64,000 nt of DNA, from IMG/VR virus record IMGVR_UViG_3300030329_004627. One strand, 5' to 3'. This document shows positions 21,301 through 28,593 of the stretch, piece by piece. The translations under genes were made by a program, and so were the position numbers. Under the pieces are notes generated by a model. The model was not told the DNA's origin, did not search any database, and saw nothing but the letters and a program-made list of their open reading frames with translations. Every line of letters starts with the position of its first letter. The first letter of the stretch is position 1. The stretch is from an uncultured virus (IMG/VR IMGVR_UViG_3300030329_004627). Its lineage: Duplodnaviria; Heunggongvirae; Uroviricota; Caudoviricetes.

Positions 21301-21509
21301 CACTACCCAAGAGTGACTTATTTATACTAGATGAGCCGGGCACCGCGTTGGACGAAGAAAATATGGAGGGTTTTATCCGGATCTTGGAACTAATTAAAGT
21401 GTATTTTAAGAACGTTTTGCTTATCTCACACCTTGATTCGCTCAAAGACTGCGTTGATATGCAAATTGTTATAGACAAAAAGCGCGGATACGCAAGGGTT
21501 AATCAATAG
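18393..21509 (+). CDS. Fused Mre11/SbcD nuclease - Rad50/SbcC ATPase (T4 gp47+gp46-like)
   Basis: Metallophosphoesterase motifs SDTH, GDIAH, GNHD, YHG, GDIH. Then Walker A GKNFSGKS, coiled coils with CKFC zinc hook, signature ASGAE, Walker B FILDE, H-loop ISH. Confidence 0.92.
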   Translation: MKFAHISDTHIKNLKYHYEYRIVFEQLYETLREQEVDYIVHCGDIAHTKTQISPEFVEMCSDFFRNLAEIAPTYIILGNHDGNLKNSSRQDALTPIVDALNLAGLNLLKVSGETHLDDKFCLNVLSVFDREQWIKPSNPDKINIALYHGSISNCKTDVGWTMVNGEDTITIFDDHDFAMLGDIHRRQFLDEEGRVWYAGSTVQQNHGETNDKGILIWDIKSKDDWEIEPIVLKNPKPFFTIPLTLKGRMPKKIEVPTGARLRLVSNNNLPLDVMRRAMDIAKHRFKPESISFLNRASGQRGNVEDITNGLQTENLRDPKIQEELMDEYLKDFQVPSDTMEKVYELNRTYNKIIEEKEEIARNVNWRLKSFEFDNLFNYGEKNAINFDRLNGIVGIFGKNFSGKSSIIDAALYTLFNTTSKNERKNLNVINQNRDSGRGRLTIEANNATYTIERESTKYTKRLKGVETLEAKTDLNFERRDHITDEVTSLNGTTRNETDANIRKHFGTIDDFMVSSLASQHGALAFIDEGSTRRKEIIAKFLDLEVFEKKFRMAKDDSVEAKVMLKKHEDRDYNEEIEASTETLEDHRDSVKTNKHFCAELREELTMLQDTLGALDAQISAIPNELIDIAKLREEQKGKTKKAGTLMEQIKEQSKEIERKKRVLKNCRGKIGHTNITKLMKLQREIELLNEKEKKLNEELAEIAKKEVLLREHEYDPDCKFCSDNKFVREANLAVASKELVQYELQNTVVDLAALNPSDVFTQLMEHTRITGTAAKLETEITQLDLERERNKTVRSKIELALKDISLKITEYEDNKEAIENLEKLLGEQRDLEKSIKSKNKKITSCEEETLDLVKLVGSYEQRVETLREQKQEYHDLRSSFAAYDLFMRCMHPNGIAYDVIKKKIPVINQEIAKVLANIVEFEIFFESSGNKFDIFIKHPQYDERPIEMASGAEKTMAAMAIRLALLSVSSLPKSDLFILDEPGTALDEENMEGFIRILELIKVYFKNVLLISHLDSLKDCVDMQIVIDKKRGYARVNQ

Positions 21510-21949
21510 GAGATTCAAAATGAAAGTAACCAAAACGCAACTTAAACGAATTATCAAGGAAGAGCTTGGAAGGGTTCTGAATGAAAAATACGATAGTATC
21601 GAAGACTCACAGGAACACTATCAAAAGGCCCAGCAATTCCTTACAGATACGATGGAAGCCACTGTAAAGGCGATGCCCGACTTTTTTGAAAAATCCTGGA
21701 GAGAGCCGTGGATGCGTGAGTTGGGCAGAGGAAATCCTGCCGCCCTTGAAGATATTCACGTTGCGATTTTAAGACAATTAAGCCAACGCGGTCTTGATAG
21801 AGCGGAACGAGCCTACAACGGCGCCCTTAAATTCGCTCAGGAACATGGCTTAGATAAGGAACTGATTGTGGATCGCCTGAATAAGGGATACTTAGCTGCC
21901 GTCGGCCGACTTTAAACAAAAAACGCGGATACGCAAGGGTTAATCAATA
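21475..21949 (+). repeat. 34-bp direct repeat pair (21475-21508 and 21916-21949) flanking gene 21520
   Basis: ACAAAAA[G/A]CGCGGATACGCAAGGGTTAATCAATA, 33/34 identical. It corresponds to the last codons of the Rad50-like gene. Confidence 0.92.
21520..21915 (+). CDS. Leader-bearing small protein (MKVTKTQLKRIIKEEL...LNE)
   Basis: Shared leader, GGAG RBS, lies between the two repeat copies. Confidence 0.75.
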   Translation: MKVTKTQLKRIIKEELGRVLNEKYDSIEDSQEHYQKAQQFLTDTMEATVKAMPDFFEKSWREPWMRELGRGNPAALEDIHVAILRQLSQRGLDRAERAYNGALKFAQEHGLDKELIVDRLNKGYLAAVGRL

Positions 21950-22459
21950 ATGAAAATCACAAAATCCCAACTTAAACAGATTATTAAGGAAGAGCTTGAG
22001 AGCGCTCTTAATGAAGATGAATATGATGAATTGGTAGACGATCGTCTTGTAAAATATGGCGCAGGCTACAAGCCAAAAACCTCAAGAAGTTACGGAAGCG
22101 GAATCTCATCCGCCGACACGCCTCGCCCTCCTCAAAGCGCAGAAGACAAAGCGCTTGGTATGTATAAAGGGGTTTTACAGGGATACTTGAGAGATCCAAA
22201 CACGGAAAGAAGATTGGGTCGACCCGCAACGTTGGATGATGCCTTGAGGGCACTTATCTCCAACAACCCTGAGCTGATACAAAGAGCAGCTGATGAACTC
22301 AGACAAGAAATGGGTCAAGAACGTCCAGCCGGCGGCGGCTTAGGCGGCCCCGATCCCGATGGCGCCCGCTACCCAACCCCAGAAGAGCGACGAGCCGCAT
22401 ATGCTGCTACAGGCGGCGGATTCCCGCTCACGGATGATCCAGATCCAAGGAATAAATAA
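21950..22459 (+). CDS. Leader-bearing small protein (MKITKSQLKQIIKEEL...LNE)
   Basis: Shared leader. TAATG-coupled to the tubulin-like gene. Confidence 0.75.
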   Translation: MKITKSQLKQIIKEELESALNEDEYDELVDDRLVKYGAGYKPKTSRSYGSGISSADTPRPPQSAEDKALGMYKGVLQGYLRDPNTERRLGRPATLDDALRALISNNPELIQRAADELRQEMGQERPAGGGLGGPDPDGARYPTPEERRAAYAATGGGFPLTDDPDPRNK

Positions 22460-23598
22460 TGAGCACAAAAGACAACGATAACGAATTTGATTTTCTGCCT
22501 CCCGCAGAACCGCCACCCTCTTTTAACCAAGAGAAAGACAGCTATCACGAAGAAGTCGCAGCAGAAGATTTCGGAATGGTTGAGGATTTTGGGCTTCAGA
22601 TGGAGTACTCTGATGAAGATCTCCTCCCAGAAAACACTGCTCCTTCGTCTATTAACGTAGGTTTTGTTGGTGTTGGTGGGGGTGGAAACAAGATGGCTAA
22701 TGCTTTCTTAGAGCTTGGCTTTAACAAGACTCTGCTTGTGAATTCCACAGGCAAGGACATCCCGAAGAACGTGGAAGAAGATCACGTTGTTCTTATTCCT
22801 GATAGCGATGGTATTGGGAAGAACGTAGAATATGGTAAAGAGGTTTTCTCTACCAACGGCGCAATCGTAGAAGACGCATTGCGCATTAAACTTGGAAAGG
22901 TCGACTGGTTAATCGTTCTTGCGGGAGGAGGCGGCGGAACTGGTAGTTCTGTGACCGCGCTTCATCCTGTATTCGAGCGCTACATGAAGTCAGTACAGTC
23001 TTCTGGAAAAGTGCTGTATGTGGTTTCTTGGCCAACAGCACAAGAAAACCTTAACCCCACAATCGCTCGCAATGCGTTGACGCTGGCAAACGATGTTGCC
23101 AAGCACCCACACATTATTCTAGACAACGAGCGCGCAACACGCTTACTTCGCGGCAGAATCGGCATGTTAGGCATGTATCCTGTCGCCAACACACAATTTG
23201 CTAAGTCATTCGCTCAGGTGTTAAAACTCTCCACAGAAGATTCACCGATCCAATCTTTCGATAGCAAGGATTTGGAAACATGCTTGAGCAATGACGGGAG
23301 AGCTTTTCTCGGCTCAACCATGATAAAAGATCCAAATACTGGAAAGCTTGGATCGGTGATTCTTCACAACTGTATGAATAGATCAGCCTGTCCTCCGCCT
23401 AAAGGCAAAGCCGCAGCTGGCTCCCTAATCTTGGTGGCTTCTGAGGAAATGGTGGCAGATCCAAGAGTCAGTAAAAACATTGAGTCGGCAATCGCTTATG
23501 TCGGCGGTCGGTGCGAGACACTATTCTCTGGCGTTTACGTGCGCAAGAATGTGCCTGGATTGATTGCGATACTAAGCATGAATGGATTAGCATCATAA
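22459..23598 (+). CDS. Tubulin/FtsZ-family GTPase (PhuZ/TubZ-like)
   Basis: VGFVGVGGGGNKM (T1 loop), DGIGK, AGGGGGTGSS (tubulin signature), IILDN, FDSKDL (T7-loop-like Asp). About 60-aa acidic N-terminal extension and no FtsZ C-terminal tail. Confidence 0.88.
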   Translation: MSTKDNDNEFDFLPPAEPPPSFNQEKDSYHEEVAAEDFGMVEDFGLQMEYSDEDLLPENTAPSSINVGFVGVGGGGNKMANAFLELGFNKTLLVNSTGKDIPKNVEEDHVVLIPDSDGIGKNVEYGKEVFSTNGAIVEDALRIKLGKVDWLIVLAGGGGGTGSSVTALHPVFERYMKSVQSSGKVLYVVSWPTAQENLNPTIARNALTLANDVAKHPHIILDNERATRLLRGRIGMLGMYPVANTQFAKSFAQVLKLSTEDSPIQSFDSKDLETCLSNDGRAFLGSTMIKDPNTGKLGSVILHNCMNRSACPPPKGKAAAGSLILVASEEMVADPRVSKNIESAIAYVGGRCETLFSGVYVRKNVPGLIAILSMNGLAS

Positions 23599-23610
23599 AG
23601 GAAAATAAAT

Positions 23611-23802
23611 ATGGATTATGTACAAGGAAAATTAGATAGATTAGTAGAGAAAGCAATTTCTCGTAAGTTTATGGTTTGGTTAACGGCAACAGGTTTGTTG
23701 GCGTTTTCTGATCTGGCATCTGGTGATTGGGTAATGATCTCGGCCATTTATATTGGTGGTCAGGCTATTATCGATGGTATTGCTAGAATGAAAGGGGTTT
23801 GA
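23611..23802 (+). CDS. Putative holin-like small membrane protein
   Basis: 63 aa, SRK followed by two hydrophobic segments and a basic C-terminus. Confidence 0.5.
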   Translation: MDYVQGKLDRLVEKAISRKFMVWLTATGLLAFSDLASGDWVMISAIYIGGQAIIDGIARMKGV

Positions 23803-24212
23803 TGATTAAAGTTGACTGGCTTAAAGTTCTTGGATTTGTAAAGAAAAACTGGAAAGAAATAACAATTATTATTCTTTTACTTACAGTTATTGGAAAAATG
23901 CGTTATGATTATAAACAACTTGAAAACACCTATCAAACTAGTCAGAAATCTCTCCAGAACCAGATCGATGGTTTACAAGAAATTCATGCTGAAGAATTAG
24001 AAAGAAAAGAGCACGCATTAAAAACTTATCGCGATGCGTTAGAATTATTGGAGAGAGAGTATGAACAAGAAAGAGATCAAATTGAAGTGGTGGTTGAGGA
24101 AAGAATTGTTGAAATTGAGACAACGATCGATAACAGAAAACAGTTCACCGAAAACAGAGAAGAACTCGCAGAACAAGTAACAGATACATTCGGATTTCAA
24201 TATGTTCCTTAA
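23802..24212 (+). CDS. N-terminal TM + coiled-coil protein (i-spanin-like)
   Basis: TGATG overlap gives ATG at 23802. ITIIILLLTVIG TM segment, then a long charged heptad region. Confidence 0.45.
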   Translation: MIKVDWLKVLGFVKKNWKEITIIILLLTVIGKMRYDYKQLENTYQTSQKSLQNQIDGLQEIHAEELERKEHALKTYRDALELLEREYEQERDQIEVVVEERIVEIETTIDNRKQFTENREELAEQVTDTFGFQYVP

Positions 24213-24618
24213 AGCATTGTTATTTTCAATGGTGGCTCACGCTGGTGAGCCACCACAGTTCACTATTCTTGGCGAGAATGAACCGGCACCCTTTGAGGGT
24301 GTTTTGTTTAACAAGCGGGGGATCGCAGAATTGTTGGTGCTTCCTGAAGAATATCGGATGGATTGTGATTTAGAAGTCGAATATCGTATCGATGTTCAAG
24401 CAACCGAGTTTCAGCTTGAGCGGCAGAATTTTCAGATTCGATTGGATGCGCTTACTAAAGAATATGATTTGCGGATTGAACAGAAAGACATTGAAATTGC
24501 TGCGCTTCAAGAAGCCATGCTTAAGCAAGCTCCCCCTAATAAGTTATGGTGGTTTGTTGGCGGTGTAGCGGCAGGCATTGGAGTTACATATGCGGCCTAT
24601 CGAGGTTTTAATGAGTAA
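24202..24618 (+). CDS. Signal-peptide/coiled-coil protein with C-terminal hydrophobic segment (spanin-like?)
   Basis: MFLKALLFSMVAHA signal-like start, coiled coil, C-terminal LWWFVGGVAAGIGVTYAAY. Overlaps the previous gene. Confidence 0.4.
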   Translation: MFLKALLFSMVAHAGEPPQFTILGENEPAPFEGVLFNKRGIAELLVLPEEYRMDCDLEVEYRIDVQATEFQLERQNFQIRLDALTKEYDLRIEQKDIEIAALQEAMLKQAPPNKLWWFVGGVAAGIGVTYAAYRGFNE

Positions 24619-24994
24619 AGAGCCGGATAAAATTGCCGCAGTGGAAAGAGCTATCGCAGAAAAGTATGGTAAAGAAACTATCCAAAATCCAAAGGGCAAT
24701 TGGAACGAGATCAAAGAAAAAGATTATCTTGAACAATCTAAGCAGTTTTATAAGAAACAACGCAAAAATGATGAGTGGCAAGAAAAAGTAGATGTTAATG
24801 GGATTAAGATCTCAAAAAAACTACTTAATAGAGAATCTTTAAAAAGTTGTCCTGTTTGTGGATCTTTTCCAAGGAAATCTATGGATGACGTATGCCTCGT
24901 TAAATTTGAGTGCTGTAATGATTGCTATATTAAGTATGTGGAGGATAGAGAGGAAAGATGGAAAAAAGGATGGCGCCCAGATGAAACTAAATGA
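24611..24994 (+). CDS. Hypothetical zinc-finger protein
   Basis: Likely start ATG 24611 (MSKEPDK) after GAGG. CPVC...CCNDC. Confidence 0.6.
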   Translation: MSKEPDKIAAVERAIAEKYGKETIQNPKGNWNEIKEKDYLEQSKQFYKKQRKNDEWQEKVDVNGIKISKKLLNRESLKSCPVCGSFPRKSMDDVCLVKFECCNDCYIKYVEDREERWKKGWRPDETK

Positions 24995-25358
24995 GCACAC
25001 TTTAAAAGAATTAATCAGAGAAGTTCTGAACGAAGAGTTGTCCTCATCTTTGTCGGGAGGCGCTGGCGTTAGTGGCGCTGCGCTTCATAAGCGATTTCGC
25101 GATGCCGGCGAAGAGATTAGACAACTCGGGGCCGACAAAGAAGTTACCAATAACGAAAATAAAGTGATTAAGAAATTTGTTGATTTACTCACTCAGGGGG
25201 CCGAAGAATTGGACATGGATCAGGGTGCGTCATTTACTTTGTTAAATCGCATATATAAGATTATGCTGCAGCACCTACAAAAAGAATTAAAACAACAAGG
25301 CGCGCCAGCGCAGCAGGGCGCCTCGCAACCGACAACTGACCAAGGAGATACACAGTAA
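24981..25358 (+). CDS. Leader-bearing small protein (MKLNEHTLKELIREVLNE)
   Basis: ATG at 24981 gives a leader in register with the family. The GTG start at 24858 in the track is unlikely. Confidence 0.65.
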   Translation: MKLNEHTLKELIREVLNEELSSSLSGGAGVSGAALHKRFRDAGEEIRQLGADKEVTNNENKVIKKFVDLLTQGAEELDMDQGASFTLLNRIYKIMLQHLQKELKQQGAPAQQGASQPTTDQGDTQ

Positions 25359-25897
25359 TGGCATCGATTTATGAAATAGTACAAGGATTAGCACAAGCCG
25401 CCGCTAACTCTTATGATGGCGCCCTTGGCGAGGATTATGAGCCAGCCAAAGACGGTATTTTGCGCCGTGAAGAGGGCAATGCCCTTATTGATCAGCGCGT
25501 TATGGACGGCTTTAATGTTAAGTTCTACGGAGACATGATGTGTCTTAGTTACCAGTCCGAGATTAAACTTAAAGAAGTTTATGATTCTGGATTCGAGTCC
25601 GATATCGACCAGCGTCTTACAGATATTAAGGGTTGGATTGTTAAGGAATATAAGCGCATCACGGGTCGCTCTGTGTCTCTTTCGGAGAAAGGCGAAGTTG
25701 ATGTGTTTGTTGAAAACTCTTCCCGCGTTCGTTGCTGGGTTACTGCCAAGAAGCACTATAAGATCGGCGGTCTTCCGAAAGAGATGAATCTTGACAACGA
25801 TGGTTCGACAGATCCAGTTGCTCCTAGCTGGAAAACGTTCTTAGAGCAAGGAGGGTGGGGTTCTCGTCCTGATAACGATACAAGGAAGAAGGACTGA
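25358..25897 (+). CDS. Hypothetical protein (179 aa)
   Basis: GGAG RBS, start/stop overlaps on both sides. Confidence 0.65.
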   Translation: MASIYEIVQGLAQAAANSYDGALGEDYEPAKDGILRREEGNALIDQRVMDGFNVKFYGDMMCLSYQSEIKLKEVYDSGFESDIDQRLTDIKGWIVKEYKRITGRSVSLSEKGEVDVFVENSSRVRCWVTAKKHYKIGGLPKEMNLDNDGSTDPVAPSWKTFLEQGGWGSRPDNDTRKKD

Positions 25898-26250
25898 TGA
25901 AAATCACAAAATCACAACTTAAGCAGATTATCAAGGAAGAGCTTGAAGAGGCACTCAGAACCGCTGGTCCTGAAGAGACATCGCTTACTTGGGATCCATC
26001 TCAGGGTAAAACCACTCGGCCCGGTAAGTCCTCCGCTCGTAAGCAAAGGTGGCACGCCGCCTTTGACGCTCTCCCTGATCAGGCTAAAAAGTGGCACAAA
26101 GAGGTCCGTGGTCTCCACCCTCCACAACGAGAGGAGGCGCTTCAAAAAATAGCCACTACCTCCGCAAACACCACTGAATCAATAGAAGCTTTCAAAGCGC
26201 TTGAAGCTTTTTATGAACAATATGGGGCACAAGGCGATAGAATAGGATGA
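25897..26250 (+). CDS. Leader-bearing small protein (MKITKSQLKQIIKEELEE)
   Basis: First 17 residues identical to those of 21950. Confidence 0.75.
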   Translation: MKITKSQLKQIIKEELEEALRTAGPEETSLTWDPSQGKTTRPGKSSARKQRWHAAFDALPDQAKKWHKEVRGLHPPQREEALQKIATTSANTTESIEAFKALEAFYEQYGAQGDRIG

Positions 26251-27002
26251 AAATCACACTTGAAAGATTGCGCGAGATTATAACTGAGGAAGTTATTAAA
26301 GAGGAGCTTGCTCCCGAGATAGCTGCGCCTGCCATCGCCGCGATGCTTCAAGGAATGAAAGCAGAAACTACTTCGGATGTTTTCGGAGATGTGTTCACTC
26401 ATATGTATGGTGAAGAGGCCTTAGAGGCCGAAGCAGATAAGATATACGCAGACGACGAAGCTTCGCAAGAAGGATTTCCCACAGAGTATCAGCCCGGTGG
26501 CGGCGAAGGAGATCGCCCGGTGATGGGCTTTAAAGAGGGCGTTAGCGACATCATCCAAGAAGAATATTATTTGTATAAAATCGAACAGTATATAAGTACA
26601 GAACTTTTAACAGAGGTCCGCGGCATGAGTATTGAGGATGCCGAAGAAATTATGGGAAAACTAGAGGCCGATCCCAACGACCCCACTGTGTCTCGCGAGG
26701 ATGCTTGGGATGCCAAAATGACTGTGCGCGAATATGAACAAGGTGATTATGTAGACCCGCAAGAATTACGCCAACAAGCACTAGCAACAACTCGCGATGT
26801 CGTCACTAGTCCGATGAGGCGCACCACTGCTCAAATTAAACAATTGGAAGATATGTGGCGCCAGTACAAAGGAGATATTCGCAGCGCGATAGAAAAAATT
26901 CAGGCAGATAACAACGAAGAGCAAACGATTGTTGATGCCTTGGCAAGCTTTTATAATTATTTAACTTCTGCGGGCAACATACAACAACATGATGTTTCAT
27001 GA
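26247..27002 (+). CDS. Leader-bearing acidic protein (MKITLERLREIITEEVIKE)
   Basis: Variant leader plus an internal leader-like segment VSDIIQEE...LLTE. ATGA-coupled to terminase. Confidence 0.65.
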   Translation: MKITLERLREIITEEVIKEELAPEIAAPAIAAMLQGMKAETTSDVFGDVFTHMYGEEALEAEADKIYADDEASQEGFPTEYQPGGGEGDRPVMGFKEGVSDIIQEEYYLYKIEQYISTELLTEVRGMSIEDAEEIMGKLEADPNDPTVSREDAWDAKMTVREYEQGDYVDPQELRQQALATTRDVVTSPMRRTTAQIKQLEDMWRQYKGDIRSAIEKIQADNNEEQTIVDALASFYNYLTSAGNIQQHDVS

Positions 27003-28585
27003 GTTTCCAACTATCAAAGCAAGAAAAAGTCAAAGAGATACTTAAGTGTGGAAAAGACCCCTCCTACTTCCTTAACAACTACGCAAGAATATCGCACCCA
27101 TTACATGGACTTATTCTTTTTAACACTTTCGACTTCCAAGATGAGCTTCTTAAAGAGTTTAATGATTACCGTTTTAACGTTATTCTAAAAGCTCGCCAGT
27201 TAGGTATCTCAACAATTACCGCTGGCTATATCGTGTGGATGATGTTGTTCCACCGTGATAAAGCGATTCTTGTTATGGCAACCAAGTTTGCGACAGCAGG
27301 AAACTTGGTGAAGAAAGTTAAGCATATTATGCGCAATGTTCCTGAGTGGCTTAAGATTGCGCAAATTAGCGTAGATAATCGCACATCATTTGAGCTTTCT
27401 AATGGTTCATCGATTAAAGCCGCTTCTACGTCTGGTGATGCTGGTCGTTCGGAAGCCCTGTCACTTTTGGTGCTGGATGAGGCCGCACATATTGAAGGGC
27501 TAGAAGAGCTTTGGACAGGTTTGTATCCGACGCTATCAACAGGTGGTAGATGTATTGCTTTGTCGACCCCAAATGGTGTTGGTAATTGGTTCCACAAGAC
27601 TTGTTCTGAGTCAGAATCTGGCTCGAATAACTTTAACTTAACTACGCTTATGTGGGATGTTCATCCAGACAGAGATCAAGAGTGGTATAAAAAAGAAACT
27701 AAAAATATGTCAAAGCGCCAGATTGCGCAAGAGCTTGAGTGTAATTTCAACACGTCTGGTGAAACTGTTATCGATCCAGACTGTATGAACTGGATGCTAT
27801 CAACAGTGTGTGAGCCAAAGTATCGAACAGGGTTTGATAGAAATTTTTGGATATGGGAAGAGTTTGACCCTACTTGTAATTATTTATTAGTTGCGGATGT
27901 GTCACGCGGCGATGGCGCTGATTTCTCTACATTTCATATCATTAAGCTTGAAACACTTGAAGTGGTGGGAGAATACCAAGGGAAGCCTACACTAGATATG
28001 TTTGCTAATATGCTCAATAATGTGGGCCGAGAGTTCGGCGGATGTATGTTGGTGGTAGAGAATAATAATATTGGCTATTCTGTATTGACTAAGCTTATAG
28101 ATGATTATCAATATCCAAATGTCTATCACTCTATCAAATCTACACATGAATATATTGAACAACATCAGGCCGAGATAAGAAATTCGGCAGTTCCCGGATT
28201 CACCACATCAATGAAAACGCGCCCTCTCATCGTAGCCAAACTAGAGGAGTTTATCAGAAACAAACTAATTACCATATATTCTTCTCGTACAATTAATGAG
28301 ATGAAGACTTTTATTTGGAGGAACGGTAAACCACAGGCGATGAAAGGCTACAATGATGATTTGATTATGGCACTAGCTATAGCGTGCTGGGTTAGAGACA
28401 CCGCACTCCAGGCAAATGCCAGAGATTTAAATTATCAAAAGGCTTTTATCAATGCGATTTATACCACAAAAACTACAATGAATACTCAAATCAAAGGTCA
28501 GCAAGGCTACAAGAAAAACCAAATTTTTGATAAAATGTCTGAAGCTGAAAAAATGTATCAACAATACAAATGGATCATTAAGTGA
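26999..28585 (+). CDS. terL: Terminase large subunit (T4 gp17-like)
   Basis: Q motif FDFQ, Walker A KARQLGIST, Walker B LLVLDEAAH, coupling motif STPNG, QELEC, nuclease ADVSRG...DFS, VVENN, DDLIMALAI. Confidence 0.95.
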   Translation: MSFQLSKQEKVKEILKCGKDPSYFLNNYARISHPLHGLILFNTFDFQDELLKEFNDYRFNVILKARQLGISTITAGYIVWMMLFHRDKAILVMATKFATAGNLVKKVKHIMRNVPEWLKIAQISVDNRTSFELSNGSSIKAASTSGDAGRSEALSLLVLDEAAHIEGLEELWTGLYPTLSTGGRCIALSTPNGVGNWFHKTCSESESGSNNFNLTTLMWDVHPDRDQEWYKKETKNMSKRQIAQELECNFNTSGETVIDPDCMNWMLSTVCEPKYRTGFDRNFWIWEEFDPTCNYLLVADVSRGDGADFSTFHIIKLETLEVVGEYQGKPTLDMFANMLNNVGREFGGCMLVVENNNIGYSVLTKLIDDYQYPNVYHSIKSTHEYIEQHQAEIRNSAVPGFTTSMKTRPLIVAKLEEFIRNKLITIYSSRTINEMKTFIWRNGKPQAMKGYNDDLIMALAIACWVRDTALQANARDLNYQKAFINAIYTTKTTMNTQIKGQQGYKKNQIFDKMSEAEKMYQQYKWIIK

Positions 28586-28593
28586 GAAAATAA

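Noticed and set aside
21475..21949. Classical IS or transposon
   Set aside because: No transposase, integrase or inverted terminal repeats. Kept only as a direct-repeat-flanked cassette.
22459..23598. Host-derived bona fide ftsZ, or a bacterial contig
   Set aside because: No FtsZ C-terminal linker or peptide, no dcw-cluster neighbours, and an entirely phage context.
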